Shown here piece by piece: positions 40,603 to 52,100 of a stretch of 64,000 bases of DNA. A program made the translations under genes and the position numbers. Position 1 is the first letter of the stretch; each line of letters starts with the position of its first letter. Location: assembly GCF_006345805.1 (NCBI RefSeq), contig NC_043016.1, forward strand, positions 9,114,001 through 9,178,000, given 5' to 3'. This DNA comes from Octopus sinensis. Taxonomy: Eukaryota. The notes below the pieces were generated by a model. That model was not told the DNA's origin, searched no databases, and saw only the letters and a program-made list of their open reading frames with translations.

Positions 40603-42835
40603 CTCTTTCTCTCTCTTCTTTCCCCTCTCTCCTTCCTCATCTCTGTTTAGGAATGTCTAAAGTAGATATAAACAGAGTGTCAGGTTTAAATTATATTGAA
40701 GAGTAATGTATAGACAACAATATTAATAATTCATGCAATTTATTATTGATTGGTCGTCTGATTTACTTAATTAGGAAGAACCAAGACAGCCAGAAGGAAA
40801 TGAAGTTGCTACTGGATATGTACAAGAGTTCATCATCAAAAGAGAATCGTGACAAAGTTCAGGTAAAATCTCCATCTTAGGCAATAAACATGAGAAATCA
40901 TTATGATTAAATTTAATAAACTACACCACTGGTTCTCAACTGGGTTCCATATGAACCAGTGGGGTGGAGGTGGGGGTGTCCATTTAAGATTTTGTTGTTA
41001 AAGTTTTTGTGTAATAGATTGGTTATACTCCTATAATACACCCAAAATATCTTAACAACTTTTTTTATGCAATTCCTAATAGTATTAGTAAAAAAAAAAA
41101 TATATGTGATTTTTTTTAAACATCAAATGGCTAGGTGGATCCATCTGAGTTAAAGAGGTATCAAAGGAGTCCATAGGTAGAGGAATGGTTGAGAAACTGA
41201 TTGATTTAGTTTAAACTAGCACTACGACCCGGCAACGCTGGATCATAGTGCTAGTGCATGCATATACAGCTGCGTGCGTGCGCACATATACGCGAGTACT
41301 GTCCAAATCTCCGACCAATCACATACAGCTAGCTGGCATTCAATTGGCGTATCAAGTTTCGGGCATTTTGATTGGGTTTTGGATAGAAAATTCACAAAAA
41401 AAAGTAACTTCTATTGATTTTTTAATGGCTTTGCGGGGTTACTGGGGAAATGTAAAGATGTTCTAGACCACCCTTGGACGGTTTTGAATGACCATAGAAA
41501 GTGCGAGCCCTCTAACTGAAAAATTGTGGATTTGCATAAAGGACACACACACAAACAGACATATAGAGATTTATTCTGTGTCAAGTTAGATTTACAATCA
41601 ACATCATCACCATCATTAGTATCATCACTACCGCCACCATTATTATTATTGTTTAGTGTCCATTTTCCCCATGCTGGCATGGGTTTGACACCTTGACGGG
41701 AGTTGGCGAACCAGAGGACCACAATTGTATGCACTGAATAAGTCAGTAGTACTAAATATCTTGTAAGAAGATAATATATCACTATTGAGTATGCTTGGTA
41801 AAGCTTTCTGGTGTAAGAAAATAATTTAGTTTACCATCACAGTTATAATAAGTTACTTTACATAATTCTAATATCTGTGTGCATTGGGCACTCTTTTTTT
41901 GTTTGCACAACAAAAAATAAACAAACAAATATCTATCTTAGCAATCCTATAAATTTTTTTCGTTTCCATAAAAAGAGGCAAATATTATTTCTTGTCTTAT
42001 ATATATCACCGTGACTGACCAGGCTCTCAGATGTTGCTACACATTGCTGGTCACAATGTGCTTCGCATTGTTTTAGCCTTCATATGACTCCACCCTGCTG
42101 GCTAAGTGAGCAGGCCAACAGAAGAAAGGGTGAGAGAAAGTTATGGCGAAAGAGTACAGCAGGGATCGCCACCACCTCCTGCCAGAACCTCGTGGAGCTT
42201 TAGGTGTTTTCACTCAATAAACACTCACAACGCCCAGTCTGGGAATCGAAACCGCAAATCTGCTGCCCTAACCCCTGGGCCATTGCACCTAACCCTAACC
42301 CCCTATATGTATATATATATTAAATAATGAGTGTAGAAAATTGATATCAATCAATTTAAACCAGTGGTCTAGCATATTCAAAAAAATTCAAAGATTTAAA
42401 AATTATATTACAGTTAATAAGAGGAATGACCACTAAAGTGGATTCCTTTATGCTAGTGATAGATGTCAAATCGCCTTACCACAAAAAGTGTTTTCTCAAG
42501 AAAAAAACCAGCTAACGCCAAAATGTAAAAGATAAACAAGGCAAATGAAAAATTTACAAAATAAAACGATTACTTACGAATCATGATTTCATTATTAATA
42601 CTTGCAAAATGCAAGTATCTGTAAATCTTCAGTATAGCCTGTTGTATTTCAAAACATATTTCACAGAACTATACACAGATATGTTTTCCCCGAAAGAAAA
42701 CTCATGTACATTTCTACAAAATATATTTGTGGTATTTTTCAAAAGCCTTGAGAACACACTCTTGTGGTAAGGCGATTTGACGTCTATTTCTAGCGTACAG
42801 GAATCCACTTTAGTGGTCATTCCTCTTATTAATTG

Positions 42836-42872
<37 letters not shown>

Positions 42873-43068
42873 TTCAGCAAAATTTAGATTCAGATGAATA
42901 TGGTACTTAAGTTAAAGGCACCAGAATTTTGTATGATATTTTCCATATAAATCAAATGGGATGATTATAATCTAAATAAGCAACAAGGATATCCAAGGTA
43001 GTTATTATAGCATAAAACGATTGTACTACATTACCTTGGATATCCTTGTTACTTATTTTGAGTGTATG

Positions 43069-43104
<36 letters not shown>

Positions 43105-46100
43105 CGTACATACATATACATATATATATACATGGAAGGGGGTACAAAGTTCTTGGCTTTAGGTAAGAGAAAATACTGGAGGATCAGTTAATTATGATTT
43201 TATTCCACATATTCCCCCCTCAGATTTACACACTTATTGCAGTGGTCCTTCAGTTTTTCTAAGCCCTGTAAAAGAACTCAGAAGGTTGGGCTTCCAACCA
43301 GGCTTTTCGTGGTACCCCTAAAACCAAGAACTTTTCACTGCCCCCCTCCCCCGCTCGTGTACAGTAATAGACAAATAAAGTGGAATCTATCTGTTTTGCT
43401 CAATAGCTATCTTACTCTTTACTCTTTTACTTGTTTCAGCCATTTCACTATGGCCATGCTGGAGCACCGTCTTTAGTCGAGCAAATTGACCCCAGGACTT
43501 ATTCTTTGTAAGCCTAGTACTTATTCTATCGGTCCCTTTTGCCGAACTGCTAAGTTACGGGGACGTAAACACAGCAGCATTGGTTGTTAAGCGATGGTGG
43601 GGGGACAAACACAGACACATATACATATATACGACAGGCTTCTTTCAGTTTCCGTCTACCAAATCCACTCACAAGGCTTTGGTTGGCCCGAGGCTATAGT
43701 AGAAGACACTTGCTTAAGGTGCCACGCAGTGGGAATGAACCCAGAACCATGTGGTTCGTAAGCAAACTACTTACCACACAGCCACTCCTACGCCTATGTA
43801 GCTGTGTATTTTCTGTACTTAACTGTCTGTTTTAACTCTGTATATTTGGTGTGTTGCAGTTAATGAAAGCAGAAAAGAAAGCTCGTCAAGAGGTTGAAGA
43901 TCTCCACAATCACATTCGAAAGATGCAGGAAGCCGAGCGCAAGGAACGTCGGAAATTGGCTGATGATGATGCTTTGCGTAAGATTAAGAAACTTGAAGAC
44001 ACAATCAGCGACTTGCAGAAGAGCCTAGCAGCACAGAAACAGGTCAGATTTCTAACCAAAATTTATGTGAAAATTTAGTAACTGGATTGATGATTATAAT
44101 ACTGAGGTAACGCGCGCACACACACACATGTGTGTGTGTGTGTATTATGTGTATATATGTATATATATATATATATATATATACATCTAATATAGGATAA
44201 AATTTTTCAAAAAAATTTCTATCAATGGCCAGCATATTAAAAAATACCTTTAAAGGTTAAATTTATAAACAACTTATAAACAAAGGCTAAAGAAAAAAAT
44301 TCCAATGCCAAATATGCCGAAAATAGACAAAATCGTCAATAACCATATAATGCATCATTATAATGGTTGGCTTACTTGAAGACGCGTGCTTAGTGATGAA
44401 TTATATGGTTATTGAAGATTTTGTCTATTTTCGGCATATTTGGCATTAGAATTTTTTTCTTTTGCCCTTGTTTATAAGTTGTTTATATATATATATATTA
44501 CGGAGATGTACTTGCATAGCAAGTGATTTGATCTGAGATCGTGTGCTGGAACGAAAACAATTGCGCAGCATGGAAGGTGTTTGTAAGCCATTTAAGTTTA
44601 ATTTGTCAAAATATTTTCGTCGCTATAAGACCGCGACCTGTTTAATGGCAAAAATCAGTGAACAGAGATGCAGCATGGAGTTTTGTCAGTGAACAAGTCG
44701 CGGTCTTATAGCAACGAGAATATTTTGACAAATTAAACTTAAATGTTGAAGTGAATCGAACGGGTTTTGTGTGTTTCTTAAATGGCTTACAAACGCCTTC
44801 CACGCTGCAATTGTTATATATATATATATATATATATATGATATGTGTGTGTGTTGTGTATTTATATAATCATCATCATCAGTTAATGTCTGCCTTCCAT
44901 GCTGTCATGTCTTGGATTGTTTGACAGGAGCTGGTCAGCTCTAAAGGATTGTGCCAAGCTCTACTGCCTGCCTCACCAAGTTCCACCTGACCCATGCAAG
45001 CATAGAAAAGTGGATGTTAGATGATAACGAGTGTGTGTGTGTGTGCATGTGTATGTATGTATGTATATCATTATTTTACTGTCCGCTTTTCTATGCTTGC
45101 ATGGGAAGGATGGAGTTTATTGAAGCAAATTTTCTATGGCCATATTTTCTTCCCGTTGCCAACAATCACCTGTAAGGTACTTGGAAAGTGAATATATAAT
45201 TAAATTTTTACATGAACATAATTGAACATTAGAAAATTGCTATTTGTAAATCTCACAACGAGAGATATTCAGGAACAGTACTTTGGAGTAAAGATTGTTT
45301 GCCAACATAACATGGCAGATTGTGCCATATAGCCAGGTGGAGATGATGTCTCCTGAGGCTATATTACAGCAACATTCATCCTAAACCAGGACTGCCATGT
45401 TATGTTGGCAAACAATCTTTTCTCCATAATTGAACATGCCTGAAGAGTGCAGCTCTCTCTCTCTTCTCCTTCTCACTCTCTTCTCTCTTTCTTCTCTCTC
45501 TCTTCTCTGTCCCTATTCTCTCTTCTCTCTCTGACAAATGCATTCACATTCATTAAGATTTAATAATATATTTCTTTCTTTTCTTACTTTCCAATGTAGC
45601 GTGAAGAAGCGTTGCTCAGTGAAATGGATGTTACTGGCCAAGCATTTGAGGACATGCAAGAACAGAATATGCGTTTGCTTCAGCAGTTAAAGGAGAAAGA
45701 TGATGCCAACTTCAAGTTGATGTCAGAGGTTGGTGGATTTACTGGCTCTTATTTTATTTTATGTGCCAAAGATTCCAACGTCACCATCAAAATACAGGAC
45801 CAGATACTGCAACAGCTTGGGTTTCAGAGGACCTCAGCTCTTCAACATCCTCCCTAAATGCCTGAGAGACTTGCATGGTGTGGATGTGGGTTTCTTTAAA
45901 ACTAAACTGGATCTCTTCTTGTTGGGGGTCCCAGATGAACCTATCTCTCGGCAGGAGACACAGATGCGGGCAGCGGCATCGAACTCCCTTGTTGATCAAG
46001 TGCCACGTATCAGAGGTGGTTTCACATACTAGTGTAGCTCATTCAACGGTGGTGCCCCAGCATGGCCGCGGCCTTCGGGCTGAAGCATTTTTAAGGATTT

Positions 46101-49100
46101 AAGGACTAACTTGAGTAGAAATGTGTCAGTTGATAGGAGAATGAGATACATCATTTAAGACTGTGGTTCCCAACTGGGGTCCATGTAACAAAATAGTATA
46201 TTGGGGGTCCACAATAGTATTTTAAGGGCCCTGAAAAGCCCTTGCTTTAGATGCAGGTACTGATATGTATTGCAAGAAAAGGTTTCTTTTCTCACATTTT
46301 ACACACAAGTTAATGCGTAAAGAACAAAACAGAAATTTTGAAAGAAGTGTATATAAAACTTGTTTTTAAACATCGGATGGTTAGGTAGGGTCCACCAAAG
46401 TAATATAGTAATCAGAGGGCTCCAAGGTAAAATATGACTGAAAATCCCTGATTTAAGAGATACATCTGTCTTCCATGCTGGCATAGGTTGGACGGTTTGG
46501 TTAGAGTTGGAGAGCTGGGCCAGGTTCCAGTCATCTGTTTTTGGTTAAGCTGTATGGCTGGAAGCCCTTTCTAATACCTATTTCTTTACTTCCTCAGAGC
46601 TATATATATTTCTTTATTGCCCACAAGGGGCTAAACGTAGAGGGGACAAACAAGGACAGACAAACAGACTAAGTCGATTACATCGACCCCAGTGTGTAAC
46701 TGGTACTTATTTAATCGAGGATGAAAGGCAAAGTCGACCTTGGCGGAATTTGAACTCAGAACGTAACGACAGACTAAATACCGCTAAGCATTTCGCCCGG
46801 CGTGCTAACGTTTCTGCCAGCTCGCCCTTCCTAATACCAACCAATATAAAATAGCACACAGAGCATACAGAATGCTTTTTATGTGACACTGGCATGGATG
46901 CCTTTTATATGACACTTGCACAGGTGCTTTTTACATAGCACTGGCACATGTTCTTCTTATATAGCACTGGCATGTGGTACTCCTGATGTACAACTGGCAC
47001 AAGTACTTTTCTACGTAGAACTGGCACAGGTACTTTTTATGTGCCACCAGCATGAATGTTTCTTTATGTAACTCTAGCATAGATGTTGCTTTACGTTACA
47101 CTAACACAAGGGTATTTTACATGGCACCAGTACAGGCAATTTTTACACGACATCAACACAAGTGCTTTCTACGTGGCACCAGTATGGGGGCTTTTTGCAT
47201 GGCACCAGCATGTACATGAAATGATTGATATTGGTTATGTGTTGTAGAGATTGACGTGAGTGGCGGGAATTGTCACACATCACTTTCATAGCATAAGTTA
47301 TCTGAAGGTATACACACAAACTGAATGATAATGATTATCGGCTCAGATAATAAAACAATTATATAAATATATATATACATCCATCTATACAAACATGTTT
47401 TGTATGTGTGTATATATCTATATACACATGTATGTGTGTATATATCAAAATCAATGGAAATTGTAGTTGTGATACCAGAGCCGGTGGCACGTAAGAGAAC
47501 CATACGAACATGGCCGTTGCCAGCGCCGCCCCGAATGGCCTCCGTGCCGGTGGCACGTAAAAAACACCCACTACACTCACGGAGTGGTTGGCATTAGGAA
47601 AGGCATCCAGCTGTAGAAACACTGCCAGATCAGACTGGACCTGGTGCTGCCTTCTGGTTTCCCAGACTCCAGTTAAACTGTCCAACCCATGCTAAGCGGA
47701 CGTTAAACGATGATGATGATGACATGTATGTATATATAGCTATAGATATATAGATACAGACACACACTCACACACACACTCATCATCAAAACCGGAACAG
47801 AATCCATCCTCTTATTTTCATTTTCAACACACACACAAAAACAATTTGGTTGTTGTAGAATTATCAAACTTTCTCAAATTAAATTCCTAGTTTTTCTTTG
47901 TTTCTTACTTTTGTATTCTTTCATCTCACTTTCACTTTCTCTTTTGTGTTTATTTGTCTTGCAGCGCATCAAATCAAACCAGATACACAAATTGCTACGT
48001 GAAGAGAAGGATAGTTCTGCAGAACAAGTAGCTACGCTTCATGGTCAAGTGCAGGCACAGAACCAAGTGGTACGAAAGCTTGAAGAAAAAGAACGCATCC
48101 TGCAGAACAACCTTGCTACAGTTGAAAAAGAACTCAGGTATGTGTGCATGCGTGTATGTGTTTGTTCATTATTTAAGGCATCATAGCAGTATGGTTAAGA
48201 AATTCATATTGCGGTCCTGGGTTCAAACTTGTCACATGGTATCTTGGCAAGTGTGTTTTATCATAGCTTAGTGGTTATAAACCTGAAAAAATACAGGACA
48301 AGTTATTACACCTGGAAAAGTATAGGACAGGCTATTACATCTTGTAAAGTAAAGAATAAGAAACTTTTTACTTAAAATATTGCAGCAAAGAATAAAATTT
48401 GAAAATATTATAAACTAAAAGTTATACAAATTATAATTAATTGTAAGCAAAAAAAACAAAATTTTATAAAATAATCATAGTACATCATAAAATAATGAGG
48501 TACGTCATAAAATAATTAAAGAGAAAAGGAAAGCAACTAAAAAGAAAAGGCAAAAAAGCAGAAAGCAAGTTAATTAAAGCTGAAAGAGAAAATTAATCAT
48601 AAAATTTAAATTTACCCTAATTCAACAGCATATTAAAAATAACTTTATAAAATATTTAATTTAAAAAACAAAATATACAAAAGAATGAAAGGCAAAGTTG
48701 ACCTTGGCAGAATTTGAACTCAAAACATACAGACAAAATATCACTCAGCATTTCGCCCGGCGTGCTAATGTTTCTGCCAGATTGCCGCCTAATAATGTAA
48801 GCATTCATATTAGAAAGATATTCTTAAAATTAATTAAAATGAATTGAAAATGTAATTCTAATATTAAAGAATAATTTCAAAATAAAAATAGCTTTCTAGA
48901 AATTTTTAAGAACGTACTATAGCAACAATCCTAGTAAGAAGAGAGAGAGAATGAGAAGTGAAGAATAAGAGCACTAAAACTAAAATTTTATGCTTCTTTT
49001 TCTTCTCTCCTTTTACTCTTTTTATTCTTTTACTCCCTTCCTCTATGTTGTCATTTTATTAATATATACCATTTGCTAGCTCTGTCTGGCACCTGTGCGG

Positions 49101-52100
49101 GTGGCACGTAAAAAGCACCCACTACACTCACGGAGTGGTTGGCGTTAGGAAGGGCATCCAGCCGTAGAAACACTGCCAGATCTGACTGGGCCTGATGAAG
49201 CTTTCCAGCTTCACAGACCCCAGTTGAACCGTCCATATTTTCCATATTTTCCATATTTTTTTCCCCTATTTGTCTCCGATGACGGAATGTCCCATACTCT
49301 GGGGTATCCTAGAAACAGCTGTAAGATTTTGAATTTCTTCCTATAATATGTGACTTGAGATGTTTTCCTTGCCTTAATGTTTGCTGTCCTCTTTAACAAT
49401 TACATATCCACTGTATCGGAAATCTGCAATGACTCCACAACTACCGTCTCGGCCTATAAACTTGGAGCCCTAGTAATCCGTTACACCACTTACCTAGCAT
49501 ACCTAATCGTTTATGGTCTATATACTCCTCATGGAATAATTTCATAGATTGGATTTCAGTTGCATAGAACTCTGCATTGGATTCCTATGTGATATGATAG
49601 CCGGGTCCACTAGTGGAGCTTTCTGTGATTGCCATAGGATTCTATGAATCCAAATATTGCACTACAAATTTTTATAGAATCGAAATCGATCAATGGAAAT
49701 TGCAGATGTGTTACCAGTGCCGGTGGCATGTAAGAGAACCTTCCGTTTCGCGACCGTTGCCAGAGCCGCCCCGACTGGCCTCGTGCCGGTGGCACGTAAA
49801 AAGCACCATCCGTTCGTGTCTGTTGCCAGCCTCGCCTGGCCCTCGTGCCGGTGGCACATAAAAAGCACCATCCGTTCGTGGCCGTTTGCCAGCTCTGTCT
49901 GGCACCTGTGCGGGTGGCACGTAAAAAGCACCCACTACACTCACGGAGTGGTTGGCGTTAGGAAGGGCATCCAGCCGTAGAAACACTGCCAGATTTGACT
50001 GGGCCTGATGAAGCCTTCTGGCTTCCCAGACCCCAGTAGAACCGTCCAACCCATGCTAGCATGGAAAACGGACGCTAAACGATGATGATGATGATGATAT
50101 GTATGTATACAGCTTGAACTGTTCCTTCTGTTTCTGGATTTTTCAGCCTACGTCAACAAGCCATGGAGATGCACAAACGAAAAGCAGTAGAAAGTGCTCA
50201 GGCAGCAGCTGATCTGAAGTTACGCCTTGATAAATATCAATCACAGTTGAAAGAGGCCCAAGTTGCTGTTGCCGAAAAGACTGCGCACTTGGAGAAGGAA
50301 TCATTCAAGTTTAAACGGATGCAGGTAAGCTCCAAATCTTCAACTGCAAAGTGATATCTTTACCTGCACCTGCATCTGTGTATAGTCAAATTGATGGAGA
50401 CACATCTGATGAGAATCCAATAAGGTTTGAAAAATCAATTAAAGCTGTTCGTTTTTATAAAGGCAGTGCTCCAGCATGGCTGCTGTTTAATGACTGAAAC
50501 GAGTAAAAGGTAACAGGTATAAATGAAAGATATGCCTAAACATATTTGCTTCCTACACCTTGTGTCCTTTTATCATACCTTACTCTGCTATTTTTACCAC
50601 TTAATGCTACTAATCTGTATTCTTGATCTTGCAGGAGGAAGTAGCAAGCCTTCGACGCAAGCTTGAGCGTTCAAAGAAAATAGAGATGGCTGGTGCTGCT
50701 GATGAAGTTCTCATGGAGGAGATAAAAGAGTACAAGGTAAGTTCTCGAGTCAGAGGAAGACTACTGATGGTAAATTATTTCACTTGGTTATTGCTTAACA
50801 CTTAAGCATTTAGATTATTCTAGGCACGTAAAAAGCACCTACTACACTCACGGAGTGGTTGGCGTTAGGAAGGGCATCCAGCCGTAGAAACACTGCCAGA
50901 TCAGACTGGGCCTGATGAAGCCTTCCAGCTTCACAGACCCCAGTTGAACCGTCCAACCCATGCTAGCATGGAGAACGGACGCTAAATGATGCTGATGATG
51001 ATGATCAACTGAAATGCTTATTTATTTACATTACCTGAAATTAATCCTGGATTATCTTGTATTTTTGAGATTTTGATGTTATGACTGTTTATTTTTAGGA
51101 TGACATTGTAGGATAGGTGTGAGAGGACAGATCTGACCTGTTTGAACCTAAAGCAGGTAGAATATTTTGCCCGAATGTGGCCGGTTTAAATGCTAATGGG
51201 TTAACCTCTCCTTCCACTACTGTGTCAACCTTGATCAACCAGGCCTATGACTTTCCTGTCTTTGTACAGTGATTGTGTGTATATGTGTGCATGCATGTGT
51301 GTGTATTGTCATCATCAATTAATGTCCGTTTTCCATGCTGGAATGGGTTGCATGTTTTGACCGAGGTCTGGAGAGCCAGCGGCTGCATCGGGCTCCAATC
51401 TGATCTGGCAGAGCTTCTACAGTTGGATGCCCTTCCTAATGTGAACCACTCCGACAGTGTAGTGGGTGCTTTTTATGTGCCAATGGCACAGGAGCCAGTA
51501 AGGCGGGCCTGGCAATGATCATGTTCAGATAGTGCTTTTTAAATGCCACCAGTACAGGAGCCAGGCAAGGGATACTGGCATTAGTTATGATTAGTTGGTG
51601 TTTTTTTTTACATGCCACCGGCACAGTAGCCAGTCAGACGGACCTGGCATTGACCACATTCAGATGGTGCTTTTTACATGCCAGCGACATAGGAACCAAT
51701 CAGGAGCACCGGCTCCAGCAACGATATTGGTTTTACTTAACTCAACAAGTCTTCTCAAGCATATCATATTGCCCGATGCATCAGGAGTATTCTTTACTGG
51801 GCTGGACGTGCATGCTTGCTGGGTCTTCTCAATCACCAGCGTATCTCCAAAAGTCCCGGTCTCCTATCATTGCCTCTGTGAGGCCCAATATTCGAAGGTC
51901 ATGCTTCACCACCTCATCCCATGTCTTCATGGGTCTACCTCTTCCATAGGTTCCTTCTATAGTTAGGGAGTGGCACTTCCTTACACAGCTGTCCTCATCC
52001 ATATGTAACGCATGGCCATACCAGTGCAGTCGGCTCTCTTGCAAACAACACATTTGATGCTTCTTATATCCAACTTTTCTCTCAGAGCGCTTAAACTCTG

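Noticed and set aside
42288-42302. Interstitial telomeric repeat (CCCTAA)
   Set aside because: Only about 2 units, next to a SINE end; the same applies to 2686-2696
49193-49215. CUGAUGA within LINE tail copies (also about 50006 and 50913)
   Set aside because: It is a subfamily variant of ctggtgcagcc with no GAAA box
49662-50049. Overlapping short ORFs ([14 protein letters not shown] peptides) recurring across the window
   Set aside because: They are translations of the non-coding LINE 3' UTR repeat
50632-50637. NAGNAG alternative acceptors (CAG-GAG at exons 17 and 18)
   Set aside because: GAG acceptors are rarely used and nothing in the sequence supports usage
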